From the NCBI GenBank assembly GCA_016906335.1, contig JADEYG010000009.1, positions 1,426,001-1,490,000 of the forward strand: 64,000 nucleotides of DNA, in the 5' to 3' direction. Source of the stretch: Novakomyces olei (taxonomy: Eukaryota). Positions 1 through 11,076 of the stretch are shown piece after piece (position 1 is the stretch's first letter; every line of letters begins with the position of its first letter). The notes under the pieces are model-generated. The model made no database searches, was not told where the DNA came from, and saw only the letters and a list, made by a program, of their open reading frames with translations. The translations under genes and the position numbers were made by a program.

Positions 1-739
1 CTAATGCGGGGAAGGCTATTAAAAATGTGGGGCGGCTGCGTGAGAAATTGCGAGAACGTTGCCCGGAAGCTGAAGCGTCGGGACGACGCATGAAATGGTA
101 AGTTTAAACTGTGCGGGACTCTTAGATTGAGATTTGATGATTGTTTGATGTCTATAGTATGAATTTAATTGCCATGATTTATCGGTTTATTCCTTATGGC
201 AAGCTTGTATCCGTTTATGCGGTCTTTTGACTCAATGTTTTCTTTTAATTTATAATATCTGTTTATCTATGGTCCCTTTGATACGCTTGCTTCTAACAAT
301 ATCTAGGATGTCGGCCGTTTGCGATACGTGGAACCTGTCTGAGCTTGAAACTCTAACAGAGCCACAAATGGATTTTTTAGTTGATTCATTTGAGCGCGAT
401 ATTGTGCCGGAGCCTGCATGGCGCACTCTTCAGCGGCTTGCTACAATTGCCGCTTTTCCTGCTGGGATGATGCTGTATGAGATTCCAACTTTTCACCTTG
501 GTTTGATAATTTTGACATGCTGAGGTTTTTTCACGCTTCAATTGTGCGTTGTCTATTTCTAACTGTTTCCATCAAGTTGTATCATTTGATTTGGCACGAC
601 TATATTTTGACTTCTCGCTATTTTATTCTAATATTTTCCTTTCTGTAGCAAAATAACTCAACACCTCTTTATTATTCTGACTAGTGCTAATGCAAGTGGC
701 CTGGCTTTGGCGCGGCGCCTGTTCCGACGAATTCATTAG
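1..739 (+). CDS. MET8: Siroheme synthase Met8 (precorrin-2 dehydrogenase/ferrochelatase), 3' part only
   Basis: Spliced read ...AGKAIKNVGRLREKLRERCPEAEASGRRMK-W-MSAVCDTWNLSELETLTEPQMDFLVDSF resembles the fungal Met8 C-terminal domain. GTAAG donor at ~98, acceptor at ~307; a probable further intron ~475-696 leads to a stop at 739. Confidence 0.75.
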
Positions 740-1171
740 GCACTTTTGCTTTGGTTTGAATTATTCGGGATATATCGCGGTATATAATAATGTATATATG
801 TGGCTCAAAAAATAATAAACGATCAGTAGAACAAGCCGTATAAAGTATGAAAGATGTGTTGAAGAGACCAGCCAAGCAAGCACAAAGCAGCAATTAATAA
901 ATTGCTGTGATAGAACCGTAATATCACACGTGACATCGAATGCTTCCCAGAAGAATCACTTGTATTTATGGTAGAGACACGACCCAACAAGTATCGTTTG
1001 TTTGATATTTATTTGAGAATTATTTTTTGTCAATTATTTTGCAACGCAATTATTTTGCTTTTTAATATAATATGTGACTATTTCAAAGCAATAATCGCGT
1101 CAAGAGATTTTGTGGAGAAGCTGTTGCAATACACGGCAGCCAATAAAATAGGACTCAATGGGCTGGCTATA

Positions 1172-3260
1172 ATGAAATACGTGGTATCAGGTACAGCTGC
1201 GAGCCTGGCAGTTGCCATATTGCATCTCTATGTGGCTCCCTTCACAAAAGTAGAAGAGTCATTTGCACTACAGGCTGTCCATGATTTCATACTATGGTTT
1301 CGCGGCGAACTGCCACTGTCAAAGGTAGATATCGCTGCTTTTTCTCTGGTCTTGGCCCAGCACTGACTCCTCAGTTTGATCACTTGACTTTCCCTGGCGC
1401 TGTTCCCCGGTCTTTTTTGGGGCCTTTGCTGATCTCTGCTGTGGTGAACCCTTTCGCTATCGTATTCGACCTGAATGGCTTGTCATTGCAATTCGCTGCC
1501 CGCTTGGCCGTGGCGGGTTTCAATTGCATCGCTATTGGAGTGCTCGCACAGGCATTGCAAAAAGGGTTTGGTGCGACTACAGCTCGATTCTACATTGCCC
1601 TTCAATGCACCCAATTTCACTATATGTTTTACGCGTCTCGAACGTTATACAACTTTATGGCTCTTCCATTTGGTATGATTTTGACACTAATGTTTAATTT
1701 GTACAGTTGTGTTAGAGTTCTTGCACCGCTTCTTCAAGTTCATTTTTGTGCTTTTTTTTTTGTTTTGCTTTGTTTCTCTTTTATTTTTATTTTTTATTCT
1801 TTTTTATAGCTTCATATGCAGCTCCGTTACATTTTGTTAGCGCTCACCCTTATGTTTTGTCCTTTGCAATTCTTGAATGAACCTATTCTGATCGTCGACA
1901 GTCACGTTGGCCTATTCGTTTTACCTTCGTGAACAGGCTCAGACGGCAATTGCATTACTTTGTTTGGCCGCGGTCGCTTTTCGTGCAGAGATTGCAGTAG
2001 TTGCGCTGCTACAAAGTGCCATTGCAGTCTACAGTCGCAATATAACTATAGCACAGGCCTTGCGAGCTGGAGCAATTGCAAGCTTTGCCACATTAGCACT
2101 CATTGTCCCCTTGGACACCTTTTTGTGGCGAGCAAGCAGGCCGCTATGGGCGGAAGCTCATTCTTTTGTGTTCAACGTGTTACACGGCAAAAGTGCGGCC
2201 TGGGGTACTGAGCCGCCCACGTACTATATACTGCAAATATTTAGGCTTCTCCTTAATCCAATAGCAGTTGCCGGATGCCTTTTCGCCATAACATATCTTG
2301 GCTCTATTGCGGGCAAGTTGCGCAGTCTGGCTGTTCTTAATTTTGCTTTTATTGCAATATATTCGCTCTTGCCTCATAAAGAATGGCGATTTATAGTATA
2401 CACCGTGCCTGCTTTTACCAGCAGTGCAGCCTTTGCGTTTTCTTTTCTGTAAGTTTTGATGATTATTTTCAAGATTCTTGTTTGATTAAATGGAACTGAT
2501 TTCATTCAGCTCCAAACGCAAATCACGCATTGCACTGGCAGCAAAGTTCTGTATTTATACATCTATTTGTACGAGTGCGTTGTTGGCAGGAGCCATGTTG
2601 GCTATTTCTAGCATGAATTATCCAGCAGGCTATGCCTTGCAGACTCTGCCGCTTCTCGATACCAGGCCGGACGTGAAAGTTTTTGCTGACACTTGGTCTT
2701 GTATGAATGGGATTACGCTATTTGGTGGAGACGAACTGCCAAAAAGCTGGATCATCGACCGTACAGAAGGTCCCAGCACAAGCACTCCACGGTTCTTTGC
2801 GGATTTCGACTGGATCATAACGCATGAACCGGATTCGCTGCTTGTAAATGTGGGCTTTTCACAATCAAATCCAGACTATGTGCAATACTATCCCGTGTGG
2901 AGCGAACCGGGATTCGTCGGGTTGCGATCTATCGCGAAAAGTGTGAAGTCAGCTCGTTCATTGAAAGGCATTTCCTTTCGTCGCCCAGCAGTATATCTGC
3001 TACTCAACACTAATGCTGACCAATGGTTGAGTATTGCATCTCGTGCATGGGAAAAGAAACTGCAAAGGAACGGTATTGCAACTGCAGATGCAGCGAAAGA
3101 ATATTTTGAAACTATCAAGAGCAGTGACGCAGTCCTTCCGCCAGATTTAAACTACCGCATAATTTGGCCACGGCAATTAGTGGCTCTTGATTTTTTCGAG
3201 TCGCGTGTCAACCTGCACGTTGATGAGTTTGGCATTATTGAACACGTTACAATTGGATAA
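1172..3260 (+). CDS. ALG12: Dol-P-Man alpha-1,6-mannosyltransferase ALG12 (GT22) with an extra C-terminal I78-like domain
   Basis: Motifs APFTKVEESF..QA.HD, FDHLTFPGAVPRSFLGP, HKEWRFIVY and SSMNYPAG. Inferred exons 1172-1324, 1375-1672, 1902-2448, 2510-3260 with phase-consistent GT-AG introns. Confidence 0.92.
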
Positions 3261-3297
3261 TTGTGACGCAGAGTGAAGTAGAGCATTTAGTCAGGTA

Positions 3298-3331
3298 AAT
3301 AAATAATTAGACAAATAAATAATTAGACAAA

Positions 3332-3398
<67 letters not shown>

Positions 3399-3400
3399 AT
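3298..3400 (+). repeat. (AAAT)n microsatellite
   Basis: Long run of AAAT units directly downstream of ALG12. Confidence 0.95.
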
Positions 3401-3894
3401 ATAATTGTAGAAATAATCAAATTAATAATAATACAATAATGATATGAAATTACTTGTCATAGTTTGTTGTCTGCCTGACAAGCAATGTTATAAGCCTTTC
3501 TTATCAATCCGAAAACAGTAATGACGTCAGTAAATCGGCTCGAGCTTAAAGCTTAAAGGAGGGCGGCAGAGCCGTTTGGAGTAAACACAAAAAGATATTC
3601 GACTTTGAATTGGATCCAATTATACTTCATAATCGTCGCCTTCATAATATATACGCTCGCGCCTTTTATATTCAATCAAATATAAACTATATGAGTACGA
3701 ATTTCGTGCAATACTACAGATCTTTACTATGGAGACCCTCCCTTTATCTCGAATAGTACTGTGCGTATCATAGTATACTCAATATACTATGACCAAATCT
3801 GTAACCACTAATATATGTGTATATAAATAACGCGAGCCGGCCGTTCCGCACCCATATAAAACCCCGGGAGGAATCAGCTCGACTACTACCGACA

Positions 3895-5550
3895 ATGCCG
3901 TTCTTCCCACCTGCTTCTACACTGAGCTCAGTGCTGGCTGGAGCCAGCACTGGCGACGCGGCTGATGCGAGCAGCAAGTACTGGATTGCTTCCGTAACTG
4001 AAGACGCTAAAGGCCTGGCCAATGATGCAAAGGCCAAAGCCAAAGAGGCAGAAGCGAAAACGAGTGCGGAATTGAAGGAATTGCAAGGAAAGGCCGATGA
4101 CCAGCTGAGCGATGTAAAGACAGATATCAAGCAACATGGGCCTTTTGGCAAGATTGAGATGTATTCTGGAAAGTACTATGTCGCGTGCATGATGGGTATG
4201 GATTCGTAGTTTTGACTCACAATCATTCTAACATTATAGGCGGACTTTTGGCTACGGGTAGGGTTTTGTGTACGCGTGCAATTTTAACCAGTAGGCTCAA
4301 CGCATTGGGCGGTGACCCCATTGGATCTGGTCAAATGCCGTAAACAGATCAGTCCGGATCTTTACAAGTCCAATTTCGATGGATGGAAGAAGATTATTGC
4401 GCAGGACGGGTTCCGTGGAATCTACACTGGCGGAAGTAAGTTTTCCCGCTTTTTGTTTCTCAATTGCAGCGTTCGTGTGGAAGCTTGTTTTGCCTTGTAC
4501 TTTGTAGCAGTTTATGTGCTTGTGCCGTATATTTCGCAACGGGATTACAATGTCTCCTGTTGGTCCAATTCGTCATAATTCATTAATTCTTTCTTTCTTT
4601 CTTTCTTTATTTATTTCTTTATCTGTTTGTTTATTTTTGTGAATTCTAGTCATACCTCGTTTGGACTCGCTTTTTTTGCGTGCACTTTGTGGCGGACAAT
4701 CAACGCATCATTCACAAATAGTTACTTACAAACAGTGCCGACGTATATCGGTTACTCGTTCCAGGGTGCTGGAAAGTACGGGTTCTATGAAATTTTCAAA
4801 AAGATGTACTCGGATATCATTGGCGAGGAGGCGGCCATCAAGTATCGTACTGGAATCTACCTCGCTGGCTCTGCTTCCGCTGAGGTTATCGCTGATCTCA
4901 TGCTTTGTCCTTGGGAGGCTATCAAAGTCCGCATGCAGACTTCGATTCCTCCATTCGCTAAAACTACACGGGAAGGATGGGCCAAGATTACGGCTGCCGA
5001 GGGTATTGGAGGCCTTTACAAGGGCCTGTCTCCCCTCTGGGCTCGACAAATCCCTTACACGGTATGTTTGTGACATAGAGCCTTTGGTGCCTCTTTTTCT
5101 TTGTTGCTAACGTGAAATTTTAGATGATGAAATTTGCCTCGTTTGAAACAATTGTGGAACATATTTGGAAACGGATCCCCGGCAAGAAGAGTGACTATTC
5201 TAAAGGCTATCAAATCGGCGTGTCTTTTGTGGGCGGATACATGGCAGGCATTCTGTGTGCTATTGTCTCGCACCCGGCCGACGTTGCTGTTTCTAAGCTG
5301 AATGCAAACAAGCTGCCGGGTGAGACTACTGGATCTTGTTTGAAGCGTGTATATGGTGAAATTGGGTTCCGTGGATTCTGGGCCGGCCTGTCCACACGTA
5401 TTGTCATGGTGGGCACTTTGACAGGTCTTCAATGGCTCGGCTACGACTCCTTCAAAGTCTATTGCGGTCTGCCTACTACGGTATGTTTTGAACTATATTT
5501 GATCAATGGTATGCTAACTAGTACAGGGATCTCAGGCACCGCAAAAGTAG
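3895..5550 (+). CDS. PIC2: Mitochondrial phosphate/copper carrier, Pic2 type (SLC25A3 family)
   Basis: Three carrier signatures (PLDLVKCR, PWEAIKVR, HPADVAVSK), plus KIEMYSGKYY and GYSFQGAGKYGFYE. Six exons, including an 18-nt exon (4240-4257); ends GSQAPQK* at 5550. Confidence 0.9.
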
Positions 5551-6878
5551 CTAGAAATTTAGCTCGATATAATTTGATTTTGTCTAAAGTGTACTGAAGT
5601 TACAGAAATATTCGTTAGTTCTTATTTTTATTTTCATTTTATTCATTTTTTCCTTGCAAAGAATTGGGCCGAAAAACGCGTGAATGTGCGTAAATAAAGC
5701 TAGCTTATATGGCGCGTGAGTTTATATATTAGAACACAATTGTAGTATGGTTAGAGGCCTTTTCGATCAACAGATTTAGGTAGACGGACATTGGAATTGT
5801 CACTGTAAAAGAGGTCAAATTTGCGCATGTAATGTAGTATATTGGTATACCTCAAGTTCGAGTCGTTCCTTGTGTCTTCTTTCTACAATTCTTTTGCCAG
5901 TACTTCAATCTCTGGCAAGTTTTTTAATTTCCTGTTAGCGTTTATGTTTATGTTTGTCAAGATTCTTTTCATCTATACCGCTAGATTATATTCATACTCG
6001 ATTCTGCTGATGGATTTCGACCACATATCAACGCCATACATCAAAGCTTGACTTTGTGTGGGACGGCGTCAATATAGAAAGGCCATCTTTATAGCTGTTA
6101 AAATAGGCATAATCAAGCAATTGCGATGGCTTTTGGAAACAGCTTGCGTACAAACATCTTTGCGGATTCGAAAACCGCCGCCCGCGTCAAGGCCTTCAAA
6201 AATTACCTAAATGGGCGAAAGTGACGCGAGGACAAATAATGATTAAAAACATAAAAGATCACCAACGCAAGCATCGACCAATGAGAAGCTAGAATATACA
6301 GGCAAGGCGACCGTTGTTAAGAGGATTACAGCAGTAAAAGATGAACAATTGATGAAACTAGGCCAGACTACAAAAGGTAGAGCACGTCAAACTCTAATGC
6401 TGTTTGAGCGGTGTTTTAACACTGTCTTTGCAATTGCAATTGCTCTTGCAAAGGTACGCGGGAAGCTCGATAAGAGGATACTGTGCAGAAATGCTCTTGA
6501 CTTTAATATACGGTTGGTTTAGCTTTCTCTGATAATAATAAACATGGTGCACCATACTTTACAGCTACAGCACTAAGGGGTTATTGCGCACAAAAATTCC
6601 CAATCCCCATATTACTTTAAAACCGAGTCGGAAAAGTCGAAGTTTCTGCTTATATTTATATATTCCTTTACACTTTATAATGTGCATTATATGTGGCAGA
6701 GGAGCAAGGAACGCCCAAAGACAAAAGTAATATAATATAATATACAACACACAATACTACTTGGAATAATAACCACGGCAACAAAAGGATCAAGTGACAA
6801 AAAACCTCAGCAGAGTCCGTTCAACTCAAAAGAAGGCCTGGTATTTACTGTGAGGAGGAACAGTCTTGTTAGAGAAAG

Positions 6879-7793
6879 ATGCTCTCCGCCTCGGTGAACG
6901 CTTCACGCTCAATTGCGTCCGCAGCTCGTCTCAGCGGAGCGATTGCCTCGGCTTCAGCCGGAGCTTCCGCAGGACAGAGCCGTCGGTCAATGGCGACTCT
7001 CCGTGAGATTGAAGCTCGTCTGAAATCCATCAAGAACATTGAAAAGATCACAAAGACAATGAAAACGGTGGCTTCCACCAAATTGGCTCGTGCTCAACGT
7101 GCAATGGACGCTGCTAAGCTCTACGGTGAGGGAGCTAACCGTGTGTATGAAAAAGCGGAAACAAAGATCCCGGAAGAAGGCAAAACGCTTTACGTGACAA
7201 TCTCTTCGGACAAGGGTCTCTGCGGAGGTGTTCATTCGCAAGTGAGCCGTTTCACTCGTCGTGAAGTGCAGCAGGAGCCTGAAGCCCGAGTAGTGGTCTT
7301 GGGCGACAAGGCACGTGGCCAACTGACGCGGATGTTCCCACAAAATCTGAGTTTGGCCTTCAATAATGTAGGCAAAGACGTGCCGACGTATGCGGACGCA
7401 CAGGCAGTTGCGGATGAGATCATCAAGTCCGGATTGGACTTTGAAAAGATTCGTATCATCTACAATTCGTTCCAAAGTGCCATGTCGTACAATCCTGCTA
7501 TTATTGAGACCTACTCTGAGGAAGCTTTCCAGAACTCTATCAATTTTGGAGCTTATGAGATTGAGGACGAAGTGCTGCAAAATCTACGTGAATTCTCTCT
7601 CGCCAACAGCATCTTTTGGGCTCTTGTCGAGGGCCATGCCTGTGAAATTTCTGCTCGCCGCAATGCTATGGACTCGGCTTCCAAGAACGCTGGCGACATG
7701 ATTGAGCGCTTTAGCATTCTGTACAATCGTCAGCGCCAGGCCGTTATCACCAACGAGCTGATTGATATTATCACCGGTGCCTCTGCTCTGTGA
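6879..7793 (+). CDS. ATP3: Mitochondrial F1 ATP synthase gamma subunit
   Basis: Presequence followed by ATLREIEARLKSIKNIEKITKTMK, SDKGLCG and RQAVITNELIDIITGA; intronless. Confidence 0.98.
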   Translation: MLSASVNASRSIASAARLSGAIASASAGASAGQSRRSMATLREIEARLKSIKNIEKITKTMKTVASTKLARAQRAMDAAKLYGEGANRVYEKAETKIPEEGKTLYVTISSDKGLCGGVHSQVSRFTRREVQQEPEARVVVLGDKARGQLTRMFPQNLSLAFNNVGKDVPTYADAQAVADEIIKSGLDFEKIRIIYNSFQSAMSYNPAIIETYSEEAFQNSINFGAYEIEDEVLQNLREFSLANSIFWALVEGHACEISARRNAMDSASKNAGDMIERFSILYNRQRQAVITNELIDIITGASAL

Positions 7794-8088
7794 GAGGGTT
7801 GAGTGTAGAAAAGTAGTATTTAATATACAGCTTGAAAATTGAATTTGCAACTGATTAGTATGTGTATACACGTGGCCAAAAAAAAGCGCAATTGTCATTA
7901 AATCTGCAGTAGCCAACAAGCATTATATATAAAGTGGGTAAGAAGTTGGATACTGCAAACAATTCCACAATCACGTTGATTTGCTCTAATCTATCCTGTA
8001 TCATTTAGAGACAACATCAAACTGATAACAAAATTGTATTGGGCATTCTATTTCTGCGGCCACTAACGGCCCTCCTACTCACACAAAG

Positions 8089-10476
8089 TCACCACTCCCA
8101 ATCCGCGTCGACGTCATTTGCCCAGAGAAACTTTTCACGCAGTGTCTTTGTAAACATTTTGACCCCGTGCTGCTTACACCAGGCCACAGTTATTCTCGGG
8201 TCCATGTAGTTAATCTTGCTTGTTCCCAAAGATGTAGTCTTGTTTTCATCTCGGTCAATCTTTACAGTTTTACTGGCTCGAATACGCTCATTCAACCGTT
8301 CAATCTGCTGACAAAGCCGGTCCGGCGTTGATCGGGCGGGTACTTCTACCCAAGGCTTGTGCCGACGAGCACTTTCAGCTCGCTCGTGTTCAAACTGCTT
8401 CGAAAGGGTTGCTCCAGCCGCTTCTACTTGTGCAGATAGCTCCTCAGCCGAGTACTCAACCGGTTTGCCTTCTGCCTGCAGTCTGTCGTTTTCACGCAAC
8501 AGCTTTTTATCCACACGTTCCCTTTCTTTTTCTACTAGATGGCTCTCGTGCTCTTGGATCCAGGATTCTTCCAAATCAGATTCTGGATCTGTCAATTCTT
8601 TTGCCCTGACAATTTTGTTTTTTTTGCCTTCTTTGTCTTGAGAATCCAATTGCAAAAGTGCTAAGCGCGCTCGCCGCCTTTGGTACTTGAGAGCCCGAAT
8701 CCTGTCTTCAAATTTTTCCATCTGCGCCCCATGCATTTTGCTCACACTACGTTGATGGTTACACAGAATGGCGACGGTACGGTTAGCGCGATTGTAAGCC
8801 AACACTTTGTCCTGCACGGATGCCTTGGCTGGAGTAGATTTGCGGAGTTCATGAAACATTGTAAACGAAGCATTGTAAGTACGAAAGACTTTGGCAGAAA
8901 GGCCCGACATTAGTGACGACAGATGAGCATTCAGCTTAGTTGTATTAAGCCGGTCAAAGATCAAATCCCCTTCTGCCTTTGGCGGTCGTTTGAATATCTT
9001 TAAATTTTTAAACGCCTGTGGATGCACTTGCACTTCGTTATAGTACCTGATCGAGTCTTTACCCAGGAAATCAAAAATTACTGTGTTTGGAGGCTGCAGG
9101 GTTACATGCTCAAAGCGCAAGGAGCAGCAGCCTACTGTATCTGCCTCATCATCTCCTTTCTCGTTGCCAGCACGAAGGGCAAAAACATCAATCAAATACA
9201 TGGCAGTAGCACGTTGCCTTATTTCCATTAATTCGTTTTTTAAATCGGCCATATACCCATTGCGGATAGAGTCTATACAACCCTTGAGTTTACGTGCTTT
9301 TTCATATTTTTTCAGGTCGGATTGGCCCTTCAACGAACTGCCTGCCGCTAAAAAAACGTATTTTACATTGTTATTCACGTTCTCCGTCCAAGTGGCCAGC
9401 CAAGTAACCGTATTGTCATGCCTCACTTCTGCCCAATTATGGCCTTCAGGTGGCGTTGGCACTGCTGCTTCGGCTCCAATATTGATTGTGATTTGCTCCG
9501 GCTGTACCCGATGCTTCAGTGTGCCCGTCTTGGGGTGCGATCCACGGCCTCGGAAAAGCCCGGGTGGTTCAATCCTAAAGTTTCCGACTTTTTCTTCCCT
9601 ACCGTCCAGCAGGCATGTACGGTAAGGTGCCTCCTCTTTTTCTTTAAGCTCACGAGCTGCTTTCTTCTCCTCTTTTGTTAATCTCTTTTTAAGTTCACGT
9701 TGCTCCTCAAAGTACCCATGCATCGGGGAAAAATCACATTTAGTAAATTCCTTTATTTGAGTAATTCCATGTTGTCGAGCGACCGCTTGAAAATCACGGA
9801 AAAAATTGCGTTGAAAAGTAGGGTTTACAGCATGATCAGATTGCAGCAGAGCTCCAAAGAAACCGGCGACTTCTTCCACCGCCGGAGGTAATGTAATAGG
9901 ATGTCCATCATAGAGCATGTTTACGTGCGAAGGCAGGGGCTCATACGGCGGCGGGAACATGACACCGTTGTGGGACAACGTCGTCCATTTGGGCCCGCCT
10001 TGACCTTCTTCCTGTTCTTTTGCCCACCAATTTGCTTCTTCCTCCTCTTCTTCCGCATCTGCGTCTGCATCTTTATCGTCCAATTGCTCCTCTTCCTCGG
10101 ATTTAATGCCACCGTTCATTTTCCCATTCTTGCTTGCGTCTTCTTTTTTGATCTCTTTCTTGGCCTCTTTTTTGTTTCCCTTACTTTCCTCTCGCTTTCC
10201 ATCTTTTTTATTGGCTGGTTTGGACTTGTTTAAAGGCACATGGACATCACCTCCGTCCTCCTCCTTTTTGACTTTCTTAGAGTGCGAAATTTGCTGATGA
10301 TGGCCATTGCTTTTGATCGGCTCGTCGTCGTCATCGTCTGACAGAAGCAACTGCCGCTTTATAATGTTAGAACAGGTTTAATTCTCTCCTTTTCAAAATT
10401 TTCTTTCACGACTTTTGCAATTGTTACTCAGTCATGTCTAGTATACCCTTTTTTTCTGCGGCACTCCTTGTGTCAT
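8089..10476 (-). CDS. TOP1: DNA topoisomerase IB
   Basis: KWTTLSHNGV, EPPGLFRGRG, LRAGNEK, FDFLGKDSIRY and catalytic SKINY. Inferred first exon 10476-10447 (MTQGVPQKKR), GT donor at 10446, acceptor at 10357 or 10351. Confidence 0.97.
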
Positions 10477-11076
10477 TAGATCGCCTTGCCGCCACCGAGT
10501 ACGCTTGCTCTATCAATCCTGATCTTTGTGTAGTGTGTGTGTGTGTCAGGTGCACGTAAAACTGCGTTTGAGCTGAGTAATACTGCAACCGGTTTGAGAT
10601 AGACACAGGCAGAGATAGCTGCTATATTGCTTAACTACTATTTACTTGCTGGGCCGCGGCATACAACATTCACCAGTAATCTTACCGGCTGGTCACGTGA
10701 TATGGAGCTTATTACGTACCAGTACGAACGAGTTGGAGCGCCGTTTAACGTGACCGTGAGCCGCTGGTAATCGGCGTCAAACTTTTGTATTTGTTTCAGC
10801 TCGCCTCTTTTAGATTTTGATCTTGCAAGATCAAGTCTTCAATTGCGCTTTGATTTTGGTGTACCACTCACGGATCGGTCTGCCGTCTGTACCAAACAGC
10901 CCCAGACGCAATTGACTCTGCAAACAAAGCAGCCAAGCCTTTCACTGGTCCTACAAAACCTTGAAGGTAGCAGCAGTACTACGAGACACTAGTGCCGCAA
11001 GTTGCACATATATATTTAACACAACCTCTGTTGCATCTGCCCTTGCTCGCTGCAATCCAAACCTATCAGCTTTGCA

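Noticed and set aside
3985-4135. Ala/Lys/Glu-rich N-terminal extension on Pic2
   Set aside because: I recall similar extensions on Pic2-type carriers from filamentous ascomycetes, so it is probably not novel.
6030-6086. Minus-strand ATG..TGA..ORF suggesting stop readthrough or selenocysteine
   Set aside because: No recognisable protein or SECIS-like structure; expected by chance.
6455-6640. GGGAAGCTCG...GCAGAAA resembling RNase P/MRP conserved regions
   Set aside because: No complementary downstream P4/CR-V segment was found by eye; an Rfam scan would settle it.
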